A stretch of DNA of 26,553 bases from a virus. Lineage: Duplodnaviria; Caudoviricetes. Within the stretch, counting starts at the first letter, position 1. Each line of letters opens with the position of its first letter. A program made the translations under genes and the position numbers. Shown here piece by piece: positions 1 through 8,608 of this stretch. Location of the stretch: positions 1-26,553 of IMG/VR virus record IMGVR_UViG_3300017761_007798. One strand, written 5' to 3'. Below the pieces are notes generated by a model that saw only the letters and a list, made by a program, of their open reading frames with translations, ran no database searches and was not told the origin of the DNA.

Positions 1-8
1 TAAACGGA

Positions 9-16
9 TATTTATA
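9..16 (+). promoter_or_regulatory. TATTTATA putative late-promoter box
   Basis: 5 nt upstream of ATG 22; recurring motif. Confidence 0.6.
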
Positions 17-21
17 ATGTG

Positions 22-2712
22 ATGGAAAATAATGGTATTTTAAAAAGTTTTGATTTACAGGACGAACTTAACAGTAAAATTTGGATTAAGGTAAAGGGTG
101 ACAACTACTTTATTTCACAAAAAGTTAGAGAAAAACTTTTGGAAATTGCTTACGAATTTATTGAGTTTCTAAATGTGGATATAATTGTTTCCGATGTTCA
201 TTTAACAGGGTCATTGGCAAATTATAATTGGTCACAATATTCCGATTTTGATTTACATATTATTGCAGATTTTGAACAATTCCCCAAAAACAAGTTGGAC
301 CTCTATAAGGAACTTTTAACACTAAAAAAAACAATTTTCAACTCAGACCAAAATATAAAAATATATGGGTATGATGTCGAACTTTACGCCCAAGACGAAA
401 ATGAAGAACATACCTCAACAGGTGTTTATTCTTTAATTTCAAATGATTGGATAGAAAAACCAAAAAAAGAAAAATTTGAAATTAACAAGTCGGTCCTTAA
501 AAAGAAGATAGACCAATGGACAGAAAAAATAGATAAAATTCTTGAGTCCGCCGAAGAAGAAAAAGACCTACAAAAATCCAAAAAAATTATTGATAACCTT
601 AAAACCAAATTAAAAGAATATAGAAAAATTGGTTTAGAGAAGGGTGGTGAAATGTCTTATGAAAATCTTGTGTTTAAATACTTGAGAAGAAGTGGACATA
701 TTGAGAAATTGTTTAGTTTCAAAAAAGAAAGATTGGATAAGGGACTTTCATTGAAGGAGTCTCTATTGGTTGAGATTGAGGTGTCAGATATTTCTAGTTT
801 ATCTAAATACAGAAGAGCAAAACTTCCAAAGAGGGAGTATTTTATGGTTCATCACACGGCAGGACTCGGAACTGCAGAAGGTGTTGTTAATGTTTTGAAT
901 ACTCCTACTCCCAAAAGACCTTACATATTGGGTGTACAGTGGGTTGTTGATGTCGATGGTAAAATTTATAGAACTTTACCGGAAGGTAATTTAGGTGCTC
1001 ACGTAGGAAACAACTCAAGAAATCCAAAAGTTTTTAATAGTAATACTGAAGGTGTTGAGGTTGTAGGTTTAGACGATGATGACATTAAAAAAAGACACGA
1101 TGAGGATATGTCGAAAGGTAAATTACCAAGACAAGCTGAAGCCGTTAGACAATTAGTAAAATCTTTGGGTTATTCTCTAAATCAATTAATTGGTCATGGT
1201 GAAGTATCAAATAATCGTCCACCGAGTGAAGGTAAAACAATTATTAATTATATAAAGAAGTATTGGGACAAGACTGGTGATTTTAAACTAGATATAACTG
1301 ATTTAAATAAGAACCAATCCACTTTACAACCGCCATTAGATAAATTAGTAATAACTAGTGGATATGGTAAAAGAGGGGGTAAAGAGCATGGAGGTGTAGA
1401 TTACGGAACCAAAACAGGAACACCAATAAAATCACCGGCAGATGGAAAAGTAACATCTGCAGATTTTGAGAATAATAACTGTGGTGGGACGCTTGCGATA
1501 CAACACGGAGATGGTTATAAAACTAGATATTGTCATGTAAGTGAATTTAAAGTATCCATCGGTGATGTCGTAAAACAAGGTCAAGTTGTTGCATTAACTG
1601 GAGGTGGTGAAGAAGATAAAGGAAAAGGAAATTCAAAAGGACCTCATTTACATTTTGAACTTTATCTAAATGGAAAAAACGTTAATCCTGAAGATTATTT
1701 GGGGTCAACAGTATCTACACCCGATTTTTCAAGAGGTGGCGGTAACGGTAGTTCAAAGGTTTTGGATGAGTTACTTGAAAATGCCGATAAGTCAGGGTTT
1801 TTAATAAAACTTAAAGAATTGGCAAAAACCGAAAAAAAATTATCGAATCAAAGTAGAAAAGGTAGTAGAATTCCTTACGATGAAGATGTGGAAAGGATGC
1901 AAATAGGTCTTCAATTTTTAGGTCACTCTTTACCTGTTTGGGGTATTGACGGTTTATTCGGCCCTGAAACCGAAAACGCTGTTACGTCTTTCCAAAAAAA
2001 GACTTCGTTGGATGAGAGTGGCGTTATGAGTCAGAAAGATTTACAATATTTATATGCAACATTAGTTAAAGAAGGTTTCGAAGAAGCTGACCTATCAAAA
2101 ATTGATTTCAAAGGAGGGTATAATGAAGATGTTCTTGATGTAAGTCCTGATGCGGTATCGTCCGATTTTGAAACTATGACTAAAATTATTGTGGATAATA
2201 TTGAGGGGGGTTATTATAATCCCGAATGGCACCGCCAATCAGCCATGGGACGTTCCGGTGAAACTATGTTCGGTATGGATAGAGTTTGGGGTTCAGATTT
2301 GTTTAAAACAGGGTCAGGTAAAGAGTTTTGGAGTATAATTGATAAAAATAAAAACGAAGACGTTTGGAAACACTATTACAAGGGGGGTTCTTTGGAGTCT
2401 GAATTATTAAAAATAGTTACACAGATAATGACTAAACATTATCAAGAATTATCTAATAGATTTTTATCGGATAAAGCAAAAAAACTAGTAGAATCTAATA
2501 ATGGATTAAAATTTCATTTTTATTATGCATCTTGGAATGGGAGTGGTTTCTTTGAATTATTCGCTAAAAAAATAAATCAAGCGGTTGATGATGGTATTGA
2601 AAGTCCTGAAAAATTATTGAGTATCGCTATAAACTCTAGACTTAATATGTCAACAATGAAAAAAAGTGGCGAAAAATTATTAAAAATATTCAAATCAAAT
2701 AATATTACATAA
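22..2712 (+). CDS. Multidomain protein: N-terminal Pol-beta-superfamily nucleotidyltransferase + Zn N-acetylmuramoyl-L-alanine amidase (Amidase_2-like) + M23 peptidase + peptidoglycan-binding domain + GH108-like lysozyme
   Basis: NTase motif TGSLANYNWSQYSDFDLH (GS-x-DxD, nt ~205-258) and YDVELY; amidase VHHTAG...GAHVG...NSNTEGVEVVG...LIGHGEV (~845-1230); M23 HGGVD...YCH...GPHLHFE (~1345-1700); PG_binding_1-like ERMQIGLQFLG...GIDGLFGPETENAVTSFQ (~1885-2050); IEGGYYNP...SGETMFGMD lysozyme-like motif (~2200 onward). ATG at 22 preferred over GTG at 19. Confidence 0.85.
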   Translation: MENNGILKSFDLQDELNSKIWIKVKGDNYFISQKVREKLLEIAYEFIEFLNVDIIVSDVHLTGSLANYNWSQYSDFDLHIIADFEQFPKNKLDLYKELLTLKKTIFNSDQNIKIYGYDVELYAQDENEEHTSTGVYSLISNDWIEKPKKEKFEINKSVLKKKIDQWTEKIDKILESAEEEKDLQKSKKIIDNLKTKLKEYRKIGLEKGGEMSYENLVFKYLRRSGHIEKLFSFKKERLDKGLSLKESLLVEIEVSDISSLSKYRRAKLPKREYFMVHHTAGLGTAEGVVNVLNTPTPKRPYILGVQWVVDVDGKIYRTLPEGNLGAHVGNNSRNPKVFNSNTEGVEVVGLDDDDIKKRHDEDMSKGKLPRQAEAVRQLVKSLGYSLNQLIGHGEVSNNRPPSEGKTIINYIKKYWDKTGDFKLDITDLNKNQSTLQPPLDKLVITSGYGKRGGKEHGGVDYGTKTGTPIKSPADGKVTSADFENNNCGGTLAIQHGDGYKTRYCHVSEFKVSIGDVVKQGQVVALTGGGEEDKGKGNSKGPHLHFELYLNGKNVNPEDYLGSTVSTPDFSRGGGNGSSKVLDELLENADKSGFLIKLKELAKTEKKLSNQSRKGSRIPYDEDVERMQIGLQFLGHSLPVWGIDGLFGPETENAVTSFQKKTSLDESGVMSQKDLQYLYATLVKEGFEEADLSKIDFKGGYNEDVLDVSPDAVSSDFETMTKIIVDNIEGGYYNPEWHRQSAMGRSGETMFGMDRVWGSDLFKTGSGKEFWSIIDKNKNEDVWKHYYKGGSLESELLKIVTQIMTKHYQELSNRFLSDKAKKLVESNNGLKFHFYYASWNGSGFFELFAKKINQAVDDGIESPEKLLSIAINSRLNMSTMKKSGEKLLKIFKSNNIT

Positions 2713-2765
2713 TCAATTAATTTCTGAAATTAAATTATTAAGTTGTCGATTTATTAAAATTGATA

Positions 2766-2773
2766 TATTTATA
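2766..2773 (+). promoter_or_regulatory. TATTTATA putative late-promoter box
   Basis: Intergenic, upstream of ATG 2790. Confidence 0.65.
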
Positions 2774-2789
2774 GAAAAATATTAAAACT

Positions 2790-2984
2790 ATGCCAGGATT
2801 CTACGTTACAGCTTGTACAACATATACCGCAGGTACATATACCTACCTGACAGGTACTTTTTCGGGAGGTTCAAATACTGCAAATCTGCGAACACCGTAT
2901 CCTATATACACTGACGTAAATAATTGCGTCGTAATCCAAAGAACGAGCGTTGCCATAGGAGGCTTCGACGGACTTAACTCTTAA
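2790..2984 (+). CDS. Small Thr/Gly-rich hypothetical protein (64 aa), possibly a virion component
   Basis: Fills the intergenic gap exactly, A-rich leader (aaaactATG), preceded by a TATTTATA box at 2766. Confidence 0.7.
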   Translation: MPGFYVTACTTYTAGTYTYLTGTFSGGSNTANLRTPYPIYTDVNNCVVIQRTSVAIGGFDGLNS

Positions 2985-3005
2985 ACAAAATAAAAACTAT
3001 ATAAA

Positions 3006-4397
3006 ATGGGAAAACTAAAACCTATCGGAAGTGAAAAGTTAGAAGGTCTTGAAAAAATCCAAAGAATAATGGAAATTGCAAGATATAAAGAAAATATACC
3101 CAACTCAATCAATGAGGTAAATTCAAATCATTACAATATAAAATTGGTTGACGGTAATACATACCATATCGAAAAAGAAAGAAATGGTTACGTAATTAAA
3201 AGAACCGTAAATGAGGGTCAGTTGGATTATATTGAACCTATGAAAAATAGAAAGTATTATCAATCTTATTCTCAAGCATTAAAACGTTTAAATTTGATTA
3301 CAAAAGAAGTTAATACTTTGTTAGGTAATGAAGAAGGAGTTTCATTGTTTTCTGAACAAAAAAAGTTTGTGTTAAAAACACCAAAGCCTGAAACACCACC
3401 GGCACCGGCACCGGCACCAATGCCGTCACCCGAACCAATGGCGGGAACAGAAACTACACCTGATATGGGTATGGACATGGGGTCTGAAATGCCAACTGAT
3501 GATATGCCTGATGATGATATGGGAATGGGTGAACCTTCAGACGATATGCCTGATGATGATATGGGAATGGGTGAACCTTCAGACGATATGCCTGAAGAGG
3601 ATGGTATTGTTTCATTCAAAACCATTCAGAAGTTAACCGGTAAATTAGGACAAAAATTAAGAAAAATTAATCAAGGTGAAGAACCAATATCTGCGGATGA
3701 TACAAAATATGTTATAAACTCTATTTTATCCGCACTTGATTTGTCTGTGTTGTCAGACGAAGATGTAGAAGAAATAATTGGTAGAATGGAAGATTCAGAT
3801 TTTGAATCTGAAGATGATTCTGATATGGAGGAACCGTCTGACGATATGGAACCTGAAGGACCGGAAATGGAAGAACCAATGCCTGAATTACCTGAAGGTG
3901 AAATGACTGAAGACGATATGAATGAATATCTTGAGGGTATGATTGGTGGAGAATATGATTTAGGGTTTAAAAAAGAACCAAAAGAAGTAAACATACCAAA
4001 GGCTATCGCTAGTGCATACGCCAAAGAAGCAAGAAATCAATTAGGAGATATGTTAGAATCGGACGATTTAGATGGAGTTGAGGGTATTTTTGACTCAGTT
4101 TTTTCAGAATCTAAAGTCGATAGTATTATTAAGTCATATTTCGTAAAAAACGATTCAGAAAAAAAATTCATACAAGAACAAAAACAAAAAAAGTTCTTAA
4201 CTGAAAAAGCGAAAAAAGTAAAAATTATGAGAGAGGTTAAAACATTGTCTGAATCATATCAGCAAGAAAGTATCTCATCAAAATTTTTGGACAGATATAA
4301 AAAAGCAAATTTCATAGGAAAAACTAATAAGAAAAATTTAGTTTTTGAAGTGAATGGTAAACAATACAAAATCACCCCAGACGGAGCAATTCTATGA
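3006..4397 (+). CDS. Acidic low-complexity protein, putative prohead core/internal head protein
   Basis: 463-aa ORF with Pro- and D/E/M-rich tracts, many L/I/F-x-E sites (SINEV, LFSEQ, FSESK, LSESY), located in the head module; ATGA overlap with the next gene. Confidence 0.7.
   Translation: MGKLKPIGSEKLEGLEKIQRIMEIARYKENIPNSINEVNSNHYNIKLVDGNTYHIEKERNGYVIKRTVNEGQLDYIEPMKNRKYYQSYSQALKRLNLITKEVNTLLGNEEGVSLFSEQKKFVLKTPKPETPPAPAPAPMPSPEPMAGTETTPDMGMDMGSEMPTDDMPDDDMGMGEPSDDMPDDDMGMGEPSDDMPEEDGIVSFKTIQKLTGKLGQKLRKINQGEEPISADDTKYVINSILSALDLSVLSDEDVEEIIGRMEDSDFESEDDSDMEEPSDDMEPEGPEMEEPMPELPEGEMTEDDMNEYLEGMIGGEYDLGFKKEPKEVNIPKAIASAYAKEARNQLGDMLESDDLDGVEGIFDSVFSESKVDSIIKSYFVKNDSEKKFIQEQKQKKFLTEKAKKVKIMREVKTLSESYQQESISSKFLDRYKKANFIGKTNKKNLVFEVNGKQYKITPDGAIL
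3501..3595 (+). repeat. In-frame 42-bp tandem repeat (about 2.3 copies; DMPDDDMGMGEPSD)
   Basis: gatatgcctgatgatgatatgggaatgggtgaaccttcagac at 3501 and 3543, partial copy at 3585. Confidence 0.95.
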
Positions 4398-4807
4398 GTT
4401 ATCTAATTTATGTTAATGGGCTTGGGCCAAACTATAAAGGTGATAACATTTATGAATTTATCTTTTCAGATGTTAAAGAAGAAGTTTGGGGAGAAGGTTG
4501 GGAATCAAAACCATCTAATGGGAATCCTCTACCCCCTAATATAGAGTTCATACGTAAAGTCGGGGTCTTGAAAAATGCGGAGATAAAACTCTCATTGATT
4601 CAGGACTCCGATTTTTTTTCAATGATTGACTCACTTGATGATGTAATAGCGTTGGCGTGGGAAAGTGATGACTCTGATATAAATTTCGACATCGAAAAAA
4701 GATTAGTTTTCAGATACGGTGAAGACGAAAAGAAAATAAAAGATAAACTATATGAACGAGATATAGTTTTAGAATTTGATAAACAAGTGGTTTATGAAAA
4801 AGAATAA
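4394..4807 (+). CDS. Hypothetical phage protein (137 aa)
   Basis: ATGA coupling with the upstream gene, globular-looking composition, overlaps the next start. Confidence 0.8.
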   Translation: MSYLIYVNGLGPNYKGDNIYEFIFSDVKEEVWGEGWESKPSNGNPLPPNIEFIRKVGVLKNAEIKLSLIQDSDFFSMIDSLDDVIALAWESDDSDINFDIEKRLVFRYGEDEKKIKDKLYERDIVLEFDKQVVYEKE

Positions 4808-5531
4808 ACTAGCATTTAAATTAATTGATATGGGACTCAAAGCAGAAACATTATCCAACTTAACAGAATCTCAATTAAGATTATTGTATAATAAATTAAA
4901 CGAGGGTAAAAAAGAAGCCAAAGAGGCAACAACCACCTACTCGCCTGATGAAAAAATACCTGCGGGTAAAGTTGACCCAAAAAAAGTTACAAAAAATTCT
5001 GATGGTTCTGTTTCGGTTGAGGAAACTAACGAAGCGAAGAAAAAAACAGGTAAAAAGAAATATAATCCTTTTGCAATATGTACAGCATCGGTTGGTCGTA
5101 AAGACAAGAAAAAATATGAAAGATGTGTAATGGGTGTTAAGGAATCAATTAGGGAAGGTAAAGACCCCGTAAATTTGTTTTTGGAAGAAAAGATTCTATC
5201 TTTGCTAGAAAAACATATTCAACCAAAAATAACTAAAGGAGAGTTTTTACAAATGATTTCAGAAACAGAAACCGCACCATCGAAACCAAAGGAGAAACAA
5301 AAAGAAAAGGAACGTAAGGGTCCTTTTGATGTTCCAAAAACAAGACCTAAAACCGCACCAAAGGCTATGGATGAGGCTGAAACGGCTGAACCTATTGTAA
5401 AACCTAAAACACCGACCACTAAACCAAAAACTCCATTTAGTCCTAAACCTGGAGTAAAACCGGCACCTAAAGCGGGTAAAAAATCAGTACCTACTTGGTT
5501 AAAGTGGGATAATATCGGTCTTAATTTTTAA
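4794..5531 (+). CDS. Lys/Pro-rich hypothetical protein, putative internal head protein
   Basis: ATG at 4794 (MKKNKL) preferred to TTG 4776; LTESQL helix, NPFAICTASVGR...YERCV Cys motif, duplicated P/K-rich tail. Confidence 0.75.
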   Translation: MKKNKLAFKLIDMGLKAETLSNLTESQLRLLYNKLNEGKKEAKEATTTYSPDEKIPAGKVDPKKVTKNSDGSVSVEETNEAKKKTGKKKYNPFAICTASVGRKDKKKYERCVMGVKESIREGKDPVNLFLEEKILSLLEKHIQPKITKGEFLQMISETETAPSKPKEKQKEKERKGPFDVPKTRPKTAPKAMDEAETAEPIVKPKTPTTKPKTPFSPKPGVKPAPKAGKKSVPTWLKWDNIGLNF

Positions 5532-5540
5532 TTTAAAGTC

Positions 5541-6773
5541 ATGGCAAAATATAGAAAAAACATTAGTGAAGCACCAATTGATTACGAAGGTCCTGAAAGA
5601 ATGGACCCAAGTATTGAGAAAAAAATTATAGATAAAACTACTCCTTATGCTGGCCATCCTGGTCTTCCAAAATTAGACCGCGACGTTGTTGAGATAATTT
5701 CATCCCAAAGATTCAAACAGTCTGTTGAGAACGTTAGAAGATTTATGGGTGACACCTCATCAATTCAAGGACCTCCACAACAAGTTCTTATGGGATTGAT
5801 GATGTCCGCCATGAAATTGTTTCCAAAGATTGCGAGTATTGAGCAAGACCATAAAGAATTTTTGGAAAAATTGGCGGTTGATTTAGTTGTTAAAGAAATG
5901 GCGATTCCTGATGGAGCCCTACAATTTGAAGCCGAATTGGAATCGGGTATGATGGGCGCCGCGGAAGGAATGAGAGGTGAGTCGGAAGAACCTTCACCTG
6001 ATGAAATTAAAGACGCATTTGGTGGTGCAAACGAAAATGCCGATGAATTAGAAGCGTTTATGGATGCCATGGAACAGTTTGACCAAGAAAAGGCGAAAAG
6101 AAGATTTATTAACGCATTAATTGGTGGAGCATCCAAAAAAGGTCACTATATGTATCAATTAGTTGGTGAAGAATTAAATAGATTACATCCTGAATTAGTT
6201 CGTCTATACGGTATGTCTCAATCTATATTAGACCATTTATATTGGATGTATCCTGAAAGTATGTCATCTGCTATGGCGGCCGGTGGTGGAGGTCAAGCAG
6301 GCCAATCAGAAATTGATACTGAAACCGACCCCCCTACTGTAAAGGCTCGTGGTATTACTTTCCCAATTTTATTACACGAATTAGTTAAAGGTGTTTTCGA
6401 AGTATTAGGAACGCACGGATTACCTGATGACCCTCGTCAAGCGGAAATGGTTATCGCATCACAAGATACACTTCCTTCTGAGATTTGGGACTTAAGATTA
6501 GGACCTATTTTTTGGGAGAAATTCACTGCGGCATATCCTGATGAATTATTTGATGAAGATACAAAATATATTCAACACTACTTATTCCAAAGATTTTCAG
6601 CACTTAATCCTAAGAAATTTTTCAAATTAACAAAATTCATTTTGTCGGATGACCCTAAAGGTAAACAAGTTCTTCAAATTATGGTTGATGAAATCATAGA
6701 GGAATTGAAACAACAAGATAGAGATTCTATGTTTGGAGGTAATGATGACGATGAGGATGAACCATTCGTATAA
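5541..6773 (+). CDS. Hypothetical protein upstream of terminase (410 aa)
   Basis: Long ORF with TAATG coupling to terL; contains LLHELVKG (HExxK). Confidence 0.8.
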   Translation: MAKYRKNISEAPIDYEGPERMDPSIEKKIIDKTTPYAGHPGLPKLDRDVVEIISSQRFKQSVENVRRFMGDTSSIQGPPQQVLMGLMMSAMKLFPKIASIEQDHKEFLEKLAVDLVVKEMAIPDGALQFEAELESGMMGAAEGMRGESEEPSPDEIKDAFGGANENADELEAFMDAMEQFDQEKAKRRFINALIGGASKKGHYMYQLVGEELNRLHPELVRLYGMSQSILDHLYWMYPESMSSAMAAGGGGQAGQSEIDTETDPPTVKARGITFPILLHELVKGVFEVLGTHGLPDDPRQAEMVIASQDTLPSEIWDLRLGPIFWEKFTAAYPDELFDEDTKYIQHYLFQRFSALNPKKFFKLTKFILSDDPKGKQVLQIMVDEIIEELKQQDRDSMFGGNDDDEDEPFV

Positions 6774-8548
6774 TGAGTTATACTAAAGAACAAGTATTAA
6801 TAGAGTATGTGAAGTGCGTAAAGGATACCCCTTACGCACTTCGCACATATTTAGAGACCTATGATAATACTGTTTCAAAATACGTTCCTTTAGAGTTATT
6901 TCCTGACCAAGTATCTTTATTGGCCGATTACGAAAATTACAATGAAAATATAGCGTTAAAGTATCGTCAGGCAGGTGTATCTACAGTAACTGCGGCATGG
7001 GCATCTAAAAAATTAGTGTTCGCCAAAAAAACAAAACCTGAAAAACTTCTAATCATTGCCAATAAACTTGACACCGCTCAAGAAATGGCAAATAAGGTTA
7101 GGGCGTTTGTTGGTCAATGGCCGTCTTGGGTTGATGTTGGATTTGCCAAAGAAAAAAATTCACAAAGACATTACAAATTAACAAACGGTTGTGAGGTTAA
7201 AGCAGTTGCAACATCAAAAGATGCGTTACGTGGATATACTCCAACTATACTAATTTTTGACGAGGCGGCATATATAGAAGCGGATGGTGATTTTTGGTCT
7301 GCTTGTATGGCGTCACTGTCTACGGGTGGTAAAGTTATTGTTATCTCAACCCCAAACGGTCACGACCCAATTTATTACGAGATTTATGACCAATCCATCA
7401 GAACGATGAATGATTTTAAAATCTCTGAAATGTATTGGTATAAAGACCCACGTTACACTAAGGATTTATATTTGGTACAAACGGAAGACATAATTGATTA
7501 TTTTTTAAATAAAGAAAATTATAGTCAAGATTTAATTAAAGTACTGGATGATTATGATGTAACAAATCCTGAACAATGTGAGAAACTGAAGCATTATATG
7601 TCCATAGGGTATAAACCATCGTCAACTTGGTTTGAATCTATGGTGAAAAAACTAAAGTACGACAAACGAAAAGTTTCTCAGGAGTTGGAATGTAATTTCT
7701 TGGGTTCGGGTGATAACGTATTTGATTCTAAAACATTACAAAAAATCAGAGAAAATCAGATTACGGAACCACAAAATAAAATGATGTCAAACTCTCTTTG
7801 GATTTGGAATGAGCCAGTGGCAGGTCATAAATACGTAATGGGTGTCGATGTATCAAGAGGAGATTCTGAAGATTTTTCAACTTTCCAAATTATCGACTTT
7901 GATACTAGAGAACAGGTCGCCGAATTCGTTGGGAAACTTCCTCCCGATACTATGGCAGAGATTTGTTTTAGATGGGCAAATATGTACTCCGCCTTTGTAG
8001 TAATTGATATCACCGGTGGTATGGGGGTGTCAACATCAAGAAAAATGCAAGAACTTGGTTATAAAAATTTATATGTCGATGGTGTAGATTATCAAAACAA
8101 ATGGAAATATGACCCAAAACAAGCCGAAAAAATACCGGGAATCAACTTTAACTCAAAAAGAGTTCAGATTATTGCGTCATTAGAGGAGTCAGTTAGACAC
8201 GATTTCAAATTAAAGAGTCCAAGGTTACTAAACGAGATGAGTAGTTTCGTATATATTAATGGGAGACCTGACCATCAAAAAGGTGGACATGACGACTTAA
8301 TAATGTCAATGGCAATGGCCATGTATGTTGCCGAAGCATCATTTAGTCAACTAACCAAAGTTACAGAACAAACAAAGGCCATGATAAATTCTTGGACCAT
8401 GCAAACTGATGACACTCCGTCAAAATCAATCGCCTTTAATCCACAAATCCCTAATTTTCCATCAAGATATGACGACCCTAATTTAAATTCAGGTGCGTCA
8501 AGAGAAGATTATATTAAATACGGTTGGTTATTTGGAGGGATGGGATAA
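6773..8548 (+). CDS. terL: Terminase large subunit (T4 gp17-like)
   Basis: LFPDQ adenine-binding motif, KYRQAGVST Walker A variant, ILIFDEAA Walker B, ISTPNG coupling motif, QELECNF, RNase H-type nuclease MGVDVSRG...DFS...HDDLIMS. Confidence 0.95.
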   Translation: MSYTKEQVLIEYVKCVKDTPYALRTYLETYDNTVSKYVPLELFPDQVSLLADYENYNENIALKYRQAGVSTVTAAWASKKLVFAKKTKPEKLLIIANKLDTAQEMANKVRAFVGQWPSWVDVGFAKEKNSQRHYKLTNGCEVKAVATSKDALRGYTPTILIFDEAAYIEADGDFWSACMASLSTGGKVIVISTPNGHDPIYYEIYDQSIRTMNDFKISEMYWYKDPRYTKDLYLVQTEDIIDYFLNKENYSQDLIKVLDDYDVTNPEQCEKLKHYMSIGYKPSSTWFESMVKKLKYDKRKVSQELECNFLGSGDNVFDSKTLQKIRENQITEPQNKMMSNSLWIWNEPVAGHKYVMGVDVSRGDSEDFSTFQIIDFDTREQVAEFVGKLPPDTMAEICFRWANMYSAFVVIDITGGMGVSTSRKMQELGYKNLYVDGVDYQNKWKYDPKQAEKIPGINFNSKRVQIIASLEESVRHDFKLKSPRLLNEMSSFVYINGRPDHQKGGHDDLIMSMAMAMYVAEASFSQLTKVTEQTKAMINSWTMQTDDTPSKSIAFNPQIPNFPSRYDDPNLNSGASREDYIKYGWLFGGMG

Positions 8549-8580
8549 TATTTATTATAACTACAAAACTATTGTTTATC

Positions 8581-8588
8581 TATTTATA
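8581..8588 (+). promoter_or_regulatory. TATTTATA putative late-promoter box (variant TATTTATT also at 8549)
   Basis: Intergenic, upstream of portal. Confidence 0.6.
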
Positions 8589-8608
8589 CTTGTAGTTAAT
8601 TTTATTAT

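Noticed and set aside
22-760. NTase as CBASS CD-NTase or toxin-antitoxin component
   Set aside because: No adjacent effector, HEPN or antitoxin gene is visible downstream (upstream lies outside the window); the motifs support only the superfamily-level call
2717-2733. TTAATTTC-T-GAAATTAA inverted repeat after the lysin gene
   Set aside because: Nearly all A/T with a 1-nt loop and no U-tract; plausible by chance at this composition
3272-4024. Antisense Ser/Ile-rich ORFs (also 5765-6136, 12909-13316, 13614-14129, 23570-23953 and similar)
   Set aside because: Shadow ORFs arising from the codon bias of genuine genes on the opposite strand
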